The notes: a model not told the origin generated them from the sequence alone. A stretch of 64,000 nucleotides of DNA from an uncultured Candidatus Binatia bacterium (GCA_965243735.1 CBDEVZ010000008.1:3867180-3931179), one strand, 5' to 3'; shown: positions 1 through 9,494, counted from the first letter of the stretch. Program-made: numbers and translations.

Positions 1-297
1 GATACGTTACTCAACCCGACGGTCATTGTCGAAGTCCTGTCGGCTTCCACAGAAGCCTACGACAGAGGCGACAAGTTTGCCCACTACCGACGCTTGGCGT
101 CTCTCCACGACTATGTGCTTGTTTCTCAGGACGCCGTCCGCGTCGAGCACTACGTGCGGCAAGGAGAAAAGTGGGTGCTTTCCGAGGCCAGCCTGCCGAC
201 AGACACCGTGTCCCTGGCTTCGATTCAGTGCACGCTGGTCTTGGAAGACATCTACGACAAAGTCCGGTTCGACACTGCGGACAACACAGCCGGTTAA
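1..297 (+). CDS. Uma2-family (DUF820) endonuclease, C-terminal part; 5' end lies outside the window
   Basis: Frame 1 is open from nt 1 (DTLLNPTVIVEVLSASTEAYDRGDKFAHYRRLASLHDYVLVSQ...) and matches the conserved Uma2 core EVLSxSTxxxDRxxKxxxYxxxgIpEYWlV. Stop at 295-297. Confidence 0.6.
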   Translation, partial: DTLLNPTVIVEVLSASTEAYDRGDKFAHYRRLASLHDYVLVSQDAVRVEHYVRQGEKWVLSEASLPTDTVSLASIQCTLVLEDIYDKVRFDTADNTAG

Positions 298-312
298 TAC
301 AGGAAGAGTGCC

Positions 313-1332
313 ATGCAACACGCCATGTTCCTGCCCTACGACACCCCCGGCACGATGATCGAGTGGGCGCGCAAGCTTGAGCAGGCCGGCTTTGACTCGG
401 CCTGGCAGGGCGAGCTGACCAACTCGGCGCTGATCCCGCTGGCTGCGGTGGCGCCGGCCGTCGAGCGCATCAAGCTCGGCGCCGGGGTGGTCCTGGCCTT
501 CACCCACAGCCCGGTCATGCTGGCCTTTGAGGCGCTTGACCTGGACTATTTCAGTCAGGGCCGCTTCATCCTGGGCCTGGGCGTGGCCCACCCCAACCGC
601 AACAACAACTGGTATGCGGGCCACGACGCGGGCAAGCCGGTCAGCCAGATGCGGGAGTATATCAAGGTCGTGCGTCTGGTCATGGACACGGCCCAGCAGG
701 GCGGCGGCAGCATCGAATACGAGGGCAGATTTTATCAGATCAAGGCGCGCAGCTTTTTTGGTCGCTCGACTCCCCAGCCACGTCCGCGCCTGCCGATCTA
801 TGTGGCGGCGGTCAAGCCCCGCATGGCCGCCCTGACCGGCGAAGTCGCCGACGGCCTGGTCGGCAACCCGATGTTCTCGGCCAAACACGTCGGCGACAAT
901 ATCCTGCCAAATCTGGCTGCGGGCCTGCGCAAGGCTGGCCGCCAACGCTCGGAGGTCGAAGTCCTGGGCCAGTGCTTTGCCGTGCTCGACGACGATCTGG
1001 CGACCGCCTACCGGATCGGAGCCGGCGCCATGCTGTTCAGCATCTGGGCGATGATCTACGACGATATTTTTGCCGCCCACGGCTTTGCCGAAACCGTGGC
1101 GGCGGTGCGCGCCACCCAGCGCACTCCGCAGCGCATGGACGCAATCGAGTTGATTCCCAGGGACATGGTGGACGCTTTTTGCGCGGTCGGGCCGGTCGAC
1201 CGGGTCCGGGCCAAGATCAACGAACGCGAGGGTCTGCTCGACACCGTCATCGTTGCCGTGCCGAATACCGGCACCACGGCCGAGCAGCGCGACCACTATC
1301 GGAACAAGCTGATTGCGGCCTTCGCGGAGTAG
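313..1332 (+). CDS. LLM-class (luciferase-like) flavin-dependent oxidoreductase
   Basis: 339-aa ORF with TIM-barrel LLM signatures (FDSAWQGEL, ILGLGVAHPNRN). Start ATG follows the AGGAAGAG region at ~300-307. Confidence 0.8.
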   Translation: MQHAMFLPYDTPGTMIEWARKLEQAGFDSAWQGELTNSALIPLAAVAPAVERIKLGAGVVLAFTHSPVMLAFEALDLDYFSQGRFILGLGVAHPNRNNNWYAGHDAGKPVSQMREYIKVVRLVMDTAQQGGGSIEYEGRFYQIKARSFFGRSTPQPRPRLPIYVAAVKPRMAALTGEVADGLVGNPMFSAKHVGDNILPNLAAGLRKAGRQRSEVEVLGQCFAVLDDDLATAYRIGAGAMLFSIWAMIYDDIFAAHGFAETVAAVRATQRTPQRMDAIELIPRDMVDAFCAVGPVDRVRAKINEREGLLDTVIVAVPNTGTTAEQRDHYRNKLIAAFAE

Positions 1333-1349
1333 AGAAAGCCCAAGATTTT

Positions 1350-2708
1350 TCAGATCCGCACCTGGGACCAGCTCCCGGTCTCCCAGCTCCACACGAATAC
1401 CGCGGACTGGATCAAACGATAGACGATATTCAGATTCCAGATCGCCAGCAGCCCCAGGCCAAACGCCGCGCTGAGCACGAACGCCAGGGGTAGAAAAAAG
1501 CACCACTGCAGGGCCAGGGAAATCACCATCACCCGCCGGCTGTGGCCGGCCCCGTAGTGGGCGCTCATCAGCACCATGCCGATGACCTCCAGGGCCATAG
1601 TGGCGGCGGTCAGCTGGAGCGGCAGGCGCGCCAGGTCGAGGGTTATCGGATCGCGCAAAAAGAGACCCAGAAACACATCCGGGATCAGCACCGCAGGCAG
1701 CGCCAGCAGCCCCACGCACACCATGGCCAGACGGACGACCAGCCAGGCCCAGGCGCGTGCCTCGTCAACCGCACCCGCCCCCAGGGCCTGGCCGACCAGC
1801 GAGGCGGCCGCCAGGCCAAAGCCGTTGGTCAGCAACATCCAGAACAACAGCAGATTCGACAGCACGTGGCCGGCCGCCAGCTCGGCCGTGCCGATTGTGC
1901 CCAGAATCCAGAAGAACAGGGTCATGCCCAGGGCAAAGAAGATGTGCTGGACGCCGGCCGGAACCGACAGGCGGATCAGCGTCCACAGGGTTGCCCGGTC
2001 CGGCCGCCGGACCAGAAAGCCAGCGCCCCGGGCACGCCGGTAGGCGGTCAGCAGATAGGCCAGCGAGCCGACCGACAGCGCCGTTGTCGTCCCGATGCCG
2101 GCCCCCAACACACCCAGCGCCGGCGCCCCCAGGTTGCCGAATATCAACACCCAGTTCAGAAAGATGTTGATCACATTCATCAGAATGATCGTGCGCATAT
2201 AAATCGCCGACAGATTGACCGCATTCCAGTAGCCGCGAAACACAAAATTCGTGCCCATCGCGGTCAGGCCGACCAGCCGGGCCTGGAGGTAGTGGGTGCC
2301 CTGACTGGCGACTGCGGCATCCTGGCTGAGAAGCGGGAAGAAGCTCGGGGCGGCAAAGATGAGCCACACCGACAGCGGAATCCCCAGCACCAGCACCAGC
2401 AGCAGGCCGCCGTTCAGGGGCACGGCAATCTCACCTCGACGCCCCGCCCCCAGCCAGCGCGCCGCAGTCGCCTGCACGCCGGTTGACAGGCCCATGATGA
2501 ACGCGCCGCAGGTGAAAGTGGTAAACCCGGCCAGCCCGACCGCAGCCAGCGCATCGTCGCCCAGGGAGCCGACCATGGCCGTATCGACCAGATTCATAAT
2601 ATTCTGCGACACCATGCCGCCCATGATGGGCAGGGCCAGGCTGAGAATGCGGCGCAGGGACGAGACAGACCGGACGGCAAGGTCTGGGGGAGGAGAATCG
2701 GCGTGCAA
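1350..2708 (-). CDS. MATE family efflux transporter
   Basis: 452 aa, about 12 predicted TM segments, N-terminal LALPIMGGMVSQNIMNLVDTAMVG motif typical of MATE/NorM. Confidence 0.8.
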   Translation of the reverse strand: MHADSPPPDLAVRSVSSLRRILSLALPIMGGMVSQNIMNLVDTAMVGSLGDDALAAVGLAGFTTFTCGAFIMGLSTGVQATAARWLGAGRRGEIAVPLNGGLLLVLVLGIPLSVWLIFAAPSFFPLLSQDAAVASQGTHYLQARLVGLTAMGTNFVFRGYWNAVNLSAIYMRTIILMNVINIFLNWVLIFGNLGAPALGVLGAGIGTTTALSVGSLAYLLTAYRRARGAGFLVRRPDRATLWTLIRLSVPAGVQHIFFALGMTLFFWILGTIGTAELAAGHVLSNLLLFWMLLTNGFGLAAASLVGQALGAGAVDEARAWAWLVVRLAMVCVGLLALPAVLIPDVFLGLFLRDPITLDLARLPLQLTAATMALEVIGMVLMSAHYGAGHSRRVMVISLALQWCFFLPLAFVLSAAFGLGLLAIWNLNIVYRLIQSAVFVWSWETGSWSQVRI

Positions 2709-2777
2709 GGGGAGACTTTCGGTTGAACGTGCGGCTCTTTGCCTGTCACGTCGTCTGAGAGAGGGATCGCGCGGGGT

Positions 2778-3785
2778 CTAGGCCAGCAGCGGCATGACAT
2801 CCTGGCCGAAGCGCTCCAGCTCCTCAATCAGCGGATGGAACTGCAACAGAAACGTCTCCACCCCAACGGCCTCAAAGGCGCGCATACGCTCGGCGATCTG
2901 AGCCGGGGTGCCAACCAGTCCGGCTGCGGTCCCGCCGTTCGTGCCCAGGGTCTGGGCTTCGTACGAGCCCGTTTTGATCATCACGACCTCTTTGTCGTAG
3001 CCGGTGAGTTTGTCCTGCCGCAACGCGACCAAACGCTCAAATTCGGCCTGGGCTTCGCGCTCGGTGTCACGACAAATCACAAACGCCGACATGCCGAAAC
3101 GGGGCTGTCGGCCGTATTCCGCAGCCAGCCCTCGGACGTGGCCGATGATGTCGGCGATGTGTTCGACCGGCCGGCCGTTGATCAGAAAAATGTCGGCCAT
3201 TTTCGCCCCCAACCGACGGCCGGGTTCTGATTCGCCCCCGACATAGATGGGTGGATGCGGCTGTTGGACGGGCTTGGGGGACAGGCGCGTCTCCTTCACC
3301 TGGTAGTAGTGTCCGGCAAAGCTGTAGCGCTCCTGCGTCCAGCTGCCCTTGATGATCGTCAGAAACTCTTCAGACCGGGCGTAGCGCTCGTCGTGGGGCA
3401 GGATGGGCGCACCGAGCATTTCGAACTCGGTCAGCCACCAGGCCGACACCAGATTGATCGCCATCCGCCCGTGGCTGATGTGGTCGATATTGCTGGCCAT
3501 CTTGGCGATGACGCCGGGCGCCCGAAAGCCGGGCTTGACCGCAGTAATAATCTCAATCTTGTCGGTGACGGCCGCCAAGGCGCTCGCCGTCGACCAGGCG
3601 TCGAGCTGGTCGAGCCCGGGTTCGACCGGATTCATGAAGTGCTCAGCGATGAGCAAGGTCTCGAAGCCGAGCCGCTCGGCCAACAGCGTCGCGCGCTTGG
3701 TCGAGGCAAACGAGGCGTCACAGGTTTCCGGGCGAGTTGAAATAATCCAATTGCCATACACCGACGGCCAAAACCCCAATCGCAT
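2778..3785 (-). CDS. LLM-class flavin-dependent oxidoreductase
   Basis: 335 aa with FETLLIAEHF and MAINLVSAWW motifs of luciferase-like monooxygenases. Confidence 0.8.
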   Translation of the reverse strand: MRLGFWPSVYGNWIISTRPETCDASFASTKRATLLAERLGFETLLIAEHFMNPVEPGLDQLDAWSTASALAAVTDKIEIITAVKPGFRAPGVIAKMASNIDHISHGRMAINLVSAWWLTEFEMLGAPILPHDERYARSEEFLTIIKGSWTQERYSFAGHYYQVKETRLSPKPVQQPHPPIYVGGESEPGRRLGAKMADIFLINGRPVEHIADIIGHVRGLAAEYGRQPRFGMSAFVICRDTEREAQAEFERLVALRQDKLTGYDKEVVMIKTGSYEAQTLGTNGGTAAGLVGTPAQIAERMRAFEAVGVETFLLQFHPLIEELERFGQDVMPLLA

Positions 3786-3954
3786 CAGCGCCCCTCTCCT
3801 CGAAGCAATCTCTTCCGCAGGCTACGTGTGGCTCTCGGATGTGTCAATGAGAAACGCCCATTCAACTGTAACGATCCCGGCCACGCCCCTCCCCTTTTCT
3901 GGCTCCGGCTGTTAGACAAAAGGACGAGCGAGGACATTGAGAAAAGGAGTTGGC

Positions 3955-4821
3955 ATGACACACACGATTGGTCTTCTCCACCCCGGAGAAATGGGAGCAA
4001 CGGTTGGGGCGGCCGCCCGGCTGAACGAGGTGCCGGTCGTGTGGGCCTCGGACGGGCGTGGTCCCCAGACCCGTGGCCGGGCCGAGGAGGCGGGTTTGAC
4101 CGACGTGGGCTCCCTGCCCGCCGTGGTTGAACACAGCCATATTATCCTCAGTGTGTGTCCGCCCCACGCCGCAACCGAACTGGCCCGCGCCGTGGCCGAG
4201 CAGCGCTTTTCGGGCGTCTACGTTGACGCCAACGCCGTGTCTCCGGCCACCAGCCGGGACGTGCGGCAGATTGTCGAGGCCACAGGGGCGCGCTTTGTTG
4301 ACGGCGGCATCATCGGCCCGCCGGCTCTGAAGCCGGGCACGACCCGTCTGTATCTGTCCGGCGCCGAGGCCGCACGGGTGGCGGCCTGTTTTCGTCACGG
4401 CCCGCTTGAGGCGTGTGTCCTCGACGGTCCGCCGGGTGCGGCCTCGGCCCTCAAGATGACGTATGCGGCCTATACCAAGGGCTCGGCCGCCCTGCTGATT
4501 GCGATTCGGACCCTGGCCCTGCATGAGGGCGTTGACGCGGCGCTGATCGGTGAGTGGGAACTGTCACAGGCCGGGCTGCCCGGCCGCTCGGCCGGCGCGG
4601 TGCGGGCCAACGCCAGAAAAGCCTGGCGCTTCAGCGGTGAGATGGAAGAGATTGCCGACACCTTTGCGGCCGCCGGGCTGCCGGACGGTTTTCACCGCGC
4701 CGCCGCCGAAGTTTACCGGCGCATGAGCGGCTATAAAGACGCGGCCAGCCCGCCCTCGGTTGAAGACGCCGCACGCCAGATCCTGGCAGGAACGGCTTCG
4801 GACAAAAACTCCGCGAGCTGA
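3955..4821 (+). CDS. NAD(P)-binding dehydrogenase-like protein (6PGDH NAD-binding / DUF1932 type)
   Basis: N-terminal Rossmann GxxGxxG (IGLLHPGEMGATVG). ATG at 3955 has an AAAGGAG RBS at 3943-3949; the track's 3937 start is a TTG. Confidence 0.6.
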   Translation: MTHTIGLLHPGEMGATVGAAARLNEVPVVWASDGRGPQTRGRAEEAGLTDVGSLPAVVEHSHIILSVCPPHAATELARAVAEQRFSGVYVDANAVSPATSRDVRQIVEATGARFVDGGIIGPPALKPGTTRLYLSGAEAARVAACFRHGPLEACVLDGPPGAASALKMTYAAYTKGSAALLIAIRTLALHEGVDAALIGEWELSQAGLPGRSAGAVRANARKAWRFSGEMEEIADTFAAAGLPDGFHRAAAEVYRRMSGYKDAASPPSVEDAARQILAGTASDKNSAS

Positions 4822-4856
4822 GTCCTTTGACGCTATTGCCCGGCAGGAGGAATCCC

Positions 4857-5420
4857 GTGCAACACGAGCTGCAGCTCGACGATGGCTCGGCGGTCTTAAT
4901 CCGCCCCTATCAGCCTGACGACGTACCGCTCCTGTATGAGGCCGTGCGCGAATCCATCAACGAGGTCGCGCCGTGGCTGCCGTGGTGCCACCCGGACTAT
5001 GCTCTGGAAGAGAGCCGGAGCTGGATTGAGACGCGGGCCGAGGCGTGGGCGCGGGGCACGGAGTATGACTTCGCCATGATCGACACGGCACGCGGGCGGT
5101 TGCTCGGAGGGTGCGGCATCAATGCCCTGAATCGGGCCAACCAGTTCGCCAATCTCGGCTACTGGGTGCGCACCAGCCGGACCCGTCGCGGGGTGGCGAC
5201 CGCTGCCGCCCGGTGTCTTGCGGCCTTTGGTTTCCGCGAGCTTGGCCTGATTCGGATCGAAATCGTCATCGCCACGGCGAACACGGCCAGCCAGCGCGTG
5301 GCGGAAAAGCTGGGCGCGACCCGCGAAGGTGTACTGAGGAACCGCATACTGGTCCGCGACCGAGTGCATGACGCCGTGATGTTCTCGCTGATCCCGTCCG
5401 ACAGGATTGAGTCAGGCTGA
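4857..5420 (+). CDS. GNAT family N-acetyltransferase (RimJ/RimL-like)
   Basis: GNAT acetyl-CoA binding motifs (RRGVATAAARCLAAFGF...). GTG at 4857 is preceded by AGGAGG at 4845-4850 and is in frame with the track ORF. Confidence 0.75.
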   Translation: MQHELQLDDGSAVLIRPYQPDDVPLLYEAVRESINEVAPWLPWCHPDYALEESRSWIETRAEAWARGTEYDFAMIDTARGRLLGGCGINALNRANQFANLGYWVRTSRTRRGVATAAARCLAAFGFRELGLIRIEIVIATANTASQRVAEKLGATREGVLRNRILVRDRVHDAVMFSLIPSDRIESG

Positions 5421-5801
5421 GTCGATTCTCAGATCCGTATGGCGCGCGAGCACGCTGAAATCGGCATCCCGATGCAGGACAGGCACCCCGGCACGGATAG
5501 CGATAGCGCCAATCAGGCAATCAATCATCTTGCGGACAGTCTCCCCTTCTTGGCGACAGAGGCGATACAGGGCAGCCGCCTCGTCGTAATCGGCAGGTCT
5601 GATTGGAATGACAGCTGCGCGCGCCAACAACCGACGGAGTGCCTGCAGATGCCTGTCGTCACGTGCGCCAGCGAGCACTTCCATCCGAATCACGTCGCAG
5701 GTCGCGATTTCGCCCGCCAACAGCGTCTCAACACGATTGCAGGTCGCCGACCCGGTATCACGCAGAAACTCGATCCAGGCCGACGTGTCAATCAGGATCA
5801 C
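5412..5801 (-). CDS. vapC: Type II toxin VapC (PIN-domain ribonuclease)
   Basis: MILIDTSAWIEFL start with a conserved PIN acidic residue, 129 aa. Start overlaps the upstream antitoxin stop by 4 nt. Confidence 0.8.
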   Translation of the reverse strand: MILIDTSAWIEFLRDTGSATCNRVETLLAGEIATCDVIRMEVLAGARDDRHLQALRRLLARAAVIPIRPADYDEAAALYRLCRQEGETVRKMIDCLIGAIAIRAGVPVLHRDADFSVLARHTDLRIDSA

Positions 5802-6001
5802 GTTGAACGATTGGCGCGTAACGTGTCGAGGTCAGCGTCCCAGCCCGAGCCGCGCAGCTGGCGCGCTTCGTCAACACTGAGGGGTTCAGCGGCAAGGGCT
5901 CGAAGTGCGAAGTTGATCGCCTCACGCTTCGTAGCCAGTTGGTAGCGACGCATAACCTCGGCGCATGCCTCGTCGTCGATATCCACATTGGTGCGCGACA
6001 T
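5798..6001 (-). CDS. vapB: Type II antitoxin VapB
   Basis: About 67 aa (MSRTNVDIDDEACAEVMRRY...). Sits immediately upstream of, and overlaps, vapC. Confidence 0.65.
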   Translation of the reverse strand: MSRTNVDIDDEACAEVMRRYQLATKREAINFALRALAAEPLSVDEARQLRGSGWDADLDTLRANRST

Positions 6002-6087
6002 ACACCTCCCGTACACCATCCCTCACGAAGGCGCAATTCACGACCACGTCACGGCTTCAGTTCTGCCCAGTCGGAGCAGAGCGCATT

Positions 6088-6128
6088 GTCAGATTACGCT
6101 TCGCTCATCCGACCTGCCGGGCTGCGCC
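6088..6128. repeat. REP-like palindromic unit (GTAGG...CGGAT.ACGCTTCGC..ATCCG)
   Basis: gattacgcttcgctcatccgacctgc is an imperfect hairpin closely related to the units at 6811-6907 and 18791-18866. Confidence 0.5.
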
Positions 6129-6222
6129 ACATTGCAGACTTGGGCTTGATACTATCGCAGGAGAGATATATCCGAGAGGCATCAAAAGATATCTTTTAGA
6201 GATTTCCAAAGAGGAGGCTCGC

Positions 6223-6462
6223 ATGGGCGCAAAATCTCATATTTCCAAATGGGGCAGCAGCTTGGCCGTCCGTATTCCCAAGCCCATCGCTGAGCAATGG
6301 GGTGTGCGCGAGGGCTCTGCCATTGAAATCGTTCCGCGTGGCGAGCAGCTTGTCCTGCGAAAGAGGACCTATAAGCTGGCCGATATGCTGGCCCAGGTGA
6401 CGGCCGAGAATCTCCATCCCGAGCTGGACACCGGCCCGGCCCAAGGCAATGAGGAATGGTAG
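6223..6462 (+). CDS. mazE: Type II antitoxin MazE/PemI (SpoVT/AbrB fold)
   Basis: 79 aa (MGAKSHISKWGSSLAVRIPKPIAEQWGV...). GAGGAGG RBS at 6211-6217. Overlaps mazF by 7 nt. Confidence 0.8.
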   Translation: MGAKSHISKWGSSLAVRIPKPIAEQWGVREGSAIEIVPRGEQLVLRKRTYKLADMLAQVTAENLHPELDTGPAQGNEEW

Positions 6463-6809
6463 AGCAGCCGCATGTCCCGGACACGGGGGACGTTGTGTGG
6501 CTGCCCTTCACACCCCAAGCCGGACATGAACAAGCCGGGCGCCGGCCCGCTCTGGTGCTGAGCCCCCGCAGCTACAACGAGAAAACCAGTCTGGCGCTCT
6601 TCTGCCCCATCACATCCAGAGTCAAGGGCTACCCCTTCGAGGTCTCCCTTCCCAACACAGGCCCCATCACCGGAGTCATTCTTGCCGACCAGATTAAAAG
6701 CCTGGACTGGCGAGCACGGCGAATCCGCTTTGCATCACAGGTTCCGTCTCGGGTGCTTGACGAAGTCCTGGCGAAGCTGGCTGTCCTCTTGGATCGAAAC
6801 AGCTCGTGA
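6456..6809 (+). CDS. mazF: Type II toxin MazF/PemK endoribonuclease
   Basis: 117 aa; DVVWLPFTPQAGHEQAGRRPALVLSP...LALFCPITS is the canonical PemK/MazF core. Confidence 0.85.
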   Translation: MVEQPHVPDTGDVVWLPFTPQAGHEQAGRRPALVLSPRSYNEKTSLALFCPITSRVKGYPFEVSLPNTGPITGVILADQIKSLDWRARRIRFASQVPSRVLDEVLAKLAVLLDRNSS

Positions 6810-6810
6810 G

Positions 6811-6907
6811 TTTCGTAGGTTGGCTTAGCGCGAAGCGCGTAAGCCGACACGACCGGGTGGATCGTCTTATCGGATGACGCTTCGCGTATCCGGCCTACCG
6901 GGCTGCC
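6811..6907. repeat. Pair of REP-like palindromic units (BIME-like)
   Basis: gtaggttggcttagcgcgaagcgcgtaagccgac and gtcttatcggatgacgcttcgcgtatccggcctac. Hairpin-forming; same family as 6088 and 18791. Confidence 0.5.
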
Positions 6908-6913
6908 CAGTCC

Positions 6914-7972
6914 TCAGCCACACGCCAGGGCGTACACATTCTTGACCCCGGCCGGCAGCGGATACTCGGCCCAGGTCGCGCCGTCGTCCTGGGTGCCGAA
7001 GACCTGACCGGTGCTGTTCACCCCGTACACGCAGCCGGCGTCTCGACGACTCGGTGCGATCGCCATCATCGTCCGCCGGGGGGTCACATCGTGGTCAAAG
7101 CGCTGCCAGGTCTGACCCAGATCCTGACTGCGATAGATGGCGCCGGACTTGCTCAGCGCGGCCGGGCTGAGTGCGGCGTACAGCGTGTTGGGGTCGTGCG
7201 GAGCGACCTGAATATCGCGGGCGTAGGAAAAGGGCGAGGCGCGCCAGATTTCCATCTCCTGCCAGCTGTCACCCCGGTCGGGGCTGCAAAACATGCCCAT
7301 CCGGGTAGCCAGGAAAACCGTGCCGGGCCGGGCCGGGCTGACCTCCAGAGCATGGGTGTCCATCATGCCCTCGGTGTTGGTATCGCTGCCGAGCTGGCTC
7401 TTGAGGTGGTCGCGCTCGACCAGATCCAGCAGCGCCGGCGTACAGTCGTGCCAGGTCTCCCCGGCGTCGGAGCTGCGCATCACCCCGCCGACTTCTAGCC
7501 CGGCGTACACCTCATCCGGGTTGCTGGGATCGGTCGTCATCCGAATCACCCGCATGGGAAAGCCCATGTGCACCCCACCCTGCGTCTCAAGCACGGCCAG
7601 CCGACGCCAGCTCTCGCCACCGTCATCGCTGCGGTACACCACGGCCGGAGCCGTGCCCAGATACATGATGTCCGGGTTCTGGGGATGAAAAATAATCGTC
7701 CACACCACCGCGCCACGCTCCGGAAAATCGAGCCGCTGCCAGTGAGCGCCGCTGTCGGTCGTCCGATACGGACCGTCCTGGGTGCCGAGGTAGATGACCT
7801 GCGGGTCCTGGGGATGAATGGCAATCGCCCGGACCTCAACCTTGTCGGGCAGGCCGTTGCTGAGCGACTGCCAGTCGCTCTCGCCCACCACCTGGCGAAA
7901 CAGGCCACCGACCGCCCCGTCCTCTCCAGCCCCTGACCACTGGGCAGCTCCGGAATAGACATAGTGTGTCAT
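6914..7972 (-). CDS. BNR/sialidase-like repeat beta-propeller protein (Ycf48-/glycosyl-hydrolase-like)
   Basis: 352 aa with repeated SxDxGxTW BNR motifs (TTDSGAHWQRL, RSDDGGESWRRL, SSDAGETWHD, SPDRGDSWQEM, SQDLGQTWQRF, TQDDGATWAEY). Confidence 0.6.
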   Translation of the reverse strand: MTHYVYSGAAQWSGAGEDGAVGGLFRQVVGESDWQSLSNGLPDKVEVRAIAIHPQDPQVIYLGTQDGPYRTTDSGAHWQRLDFPERGAVVWTIIFHPQNPDIMYLGTAPAVVYRSDDGGESWRRLAVLETQGGVHMGFPMRVIRMTTDPSNPDEVYAGLEVGGVMRSSDAGETWHDCTPALLDLVERDHLKSQLGSDTNTEGMMDTHALEVSPARPGTVFLATRMGMFCSPDRGDSWQEMEIWRASPFSYARDIQVAPHDPNTLYAALSPAALSKSGAIYRSQDLGQTWQRFDHDVTPRRTMMAIAPSRRDAGCVYGVNSTGQVFGTQDDGATWAEYPLPAGVKNVYALACG

Positions 7973-8064
7973 ACAAGACCCCCTTCGATCCTTAGGCTGT
8001 TCCGACCATACGCACTGCCGCTGGCATAATGCAAGCCGCCGTTCGATTTTTCTCTCGCCCCTCT

Positions 8065-8093
8065 TGTTTTCGCTTTTTTTTCGCCTATAGAAT
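8065..8093 (+). promoter_or_regulatory. Putative sigma70-like promoter (TTGTTT-15-TATAGAAT), near-leaderless
   Basis: AT-rich island in a GC-rich background, 7 nt upstream of ATG 8101. Confidence 0.3.
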
Positions 8094-8100
8094 ATTCAGT

Positions 8101-8505
8101 ATGAAGACACAGTCCAAGCCCAGGCGGCGTGCGGCCGCAGTCCAGCCCCGGCCGGTCTTGTCCGACCCCCGGGCGCTGAAGCGGGCGTATGTCGAGCACA
8201 CCCGTCGCCTCGGCCCGGACTTCGATGCCATCGACGGCTGGCTGATGGATCATCGGCCGGAGCTGTGGCAACAGATTCACCGCCAGGATGACGAGCTGTT
8301 TCGACTTCGCAGCCTGGCCACGGGCGAGCGCGAGTATACGGCCAGCCTTGAGAACTTTATCGGCCTGTATCAGGAAGCCGAGCGCCTGTACTACGAAGCC
8401 AGGCCCGATGAGTTGAGCCTGCCGCTGCTGGGCGAAGGCGAAAGCGTGGCCGTGTACTTCACCCTGGCCAACGGTTCCGTGCATAAGGTCAGCGGCATCG
8501 GCTAG
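8101..8505 (+). CDS. Hypothetical protein
   Basis: 134-aa ORF from MKTQSKPRRR. No recognisable domain. Coding plausibility rests on codon bias only. Confidence 0.4.
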   Translation: MKTQSKPRRRAAAVQPRPVLSDPRALKRAYVEHTRRLGPDFDAIDGWLMDHRPELWQQIHRQDDELFRLRSLATGEREYTASLENFIGLYQEAERLYYEARPDELSLPLLGEGESVAVYFTLANGSVHKVSGIG

Positions 8506-9428
8506 GCCGTATCCGTCAGCCCCCGATTGAAACCCGCCCGCGAATAGCCCACTCGTTCCTCTCCCATGCGCTCGATCAGGGCGGCCATCAGGCGCCGGGT
8601 GGTGTCCGGCCCGAACCAGCCCGGATAGCCGTGCTGGGCCAGCCGCTCGGGCACACGGCGACGGCGCGAGCGGGCGCCCTTGGCCCCGTCGCCGTGGAAA
8701 AAATCGTCAACAATGACCCGCCGGCACGCGTCGGCAATCAGCCCGGCAAAGCGCTCGGGGTTGTGGGGCAGGGCCGGAGAAACGCTGATCTGGGTAAAAA
8801 TCCCCCGCGCCGTCGCAGCCCGGGCAACGGCCAGACGGCGTTCAACCGTGGCGCAGCCGGGGGTCAGCTTGCGTCGCACACTATCGTCGTCGGTCTCAAT
8901 GGTCAGGTTCAGCACCGCAGTTGGAATGGCCGCAATCAGCTCGAAGTAGCGCTCGACCAGGGGCGAGCGCGTTTGCAGCACCAGGAGAGCGGGCGGAAAG
9001 CGGCCCAAGACCTCAAGACATCGGCCGGACAGCCCATATCGGGGTTCGAGCCTGGGCTGGAAGGGGTCGGTTGAACCCGAACAGTAGATACGTGGCCGGA
9101 TGTCCCGTCGGGCCAGTCTGTCCAGCTCTCGCTCCAGGACTTCGGCAATGTTGATCTTGGCCGTGACCCACTCGCCCCAGGCCCGCCCGTCGGCATGAAA
9201 GCGCTGGACCTGGCTTTCGGCAACGTAACAGTAGAAACACGAGCTGCCGTACGAGCAGCCCCAGTAGGGGGTCAGGCTGTGGCTGAAGCCGGACAGGAAC
9301 CCGCCGGTTTTGGTCAGGGCCGATTTGACGCGCCTGTGGCGGATGGTGAGCACGCCCCCCTTCTGCCCCGTCCGCCCGTCGGCTGTCAACACCGCACCCG
9401 GCTTGACGCTGTCGGCCCCGACCTGCAT
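8502..9428 (-). CDS. Radical SAM protein, SplB-like DNA repair photolyase family (COG1533)
   Basis: TPYWGCSYGSSCFYCY matches the NPYxGCxHGCxYCY cluster of spore-photoproduct-lyase-like radical SAM enzymes. 308 aa. Confidence 0.65.
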   Translation of the reverse strand: MQVGADSVKPGAVLTADGRTGQKGGVLTIRHRRVKSALTKTGGFLSGFSHSLTPYWGCSYGSSCFYCYVAESQVQRFHADGRAWGEWVTAKINIAEVLERELDRLARRDIRPRIYCSGSTDPFQPRLEPRYGLSGRCLEVLGRFPPALLVLQTRSPLVERYFELIAAIPTAVLNLTIETDDDSVRRKLTPGCATVERRLAVARAATARGIFTQISVSPALPHNPERFAGLIADACRRVIVDDFFHGDGAKGARSRRRRVPERLAQHGYPGWFGPDTTRRLMAALIERMGEERVGYSRAGFNRGLTDTA

Positions 9429-9436
9429 AGACTGGG

Positions 9437-9488
9437 CGCCCAGAATCTGATGCCCAGAACCTGACGCCCAGAACCTGACGCCCAGGAG
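9437..9488. repeat. Tandem direct repeat, 3 copies of gcccagaa(c/t)ctga(c/t) plus a partial copy
   Basis: Fills most of the 66-bp divergent intergenic region between the radical SAM gene and the MFS gene. Ends at the MFS RBS (AGGAGGGGG). Confidence 0.5.
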
Positions 9489-9494
9489 GGGGCC

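Noticed and set aside
7-1719. 570-aa minus-strand ORF spanning the Uma2 fragment, the LLM gene and part of the MATE region
   Set aside because: Antisense to well-supported genes. Low-complexity R/G/A-rich translation typical of spurious high-GC ORFs. No start or RBS context.
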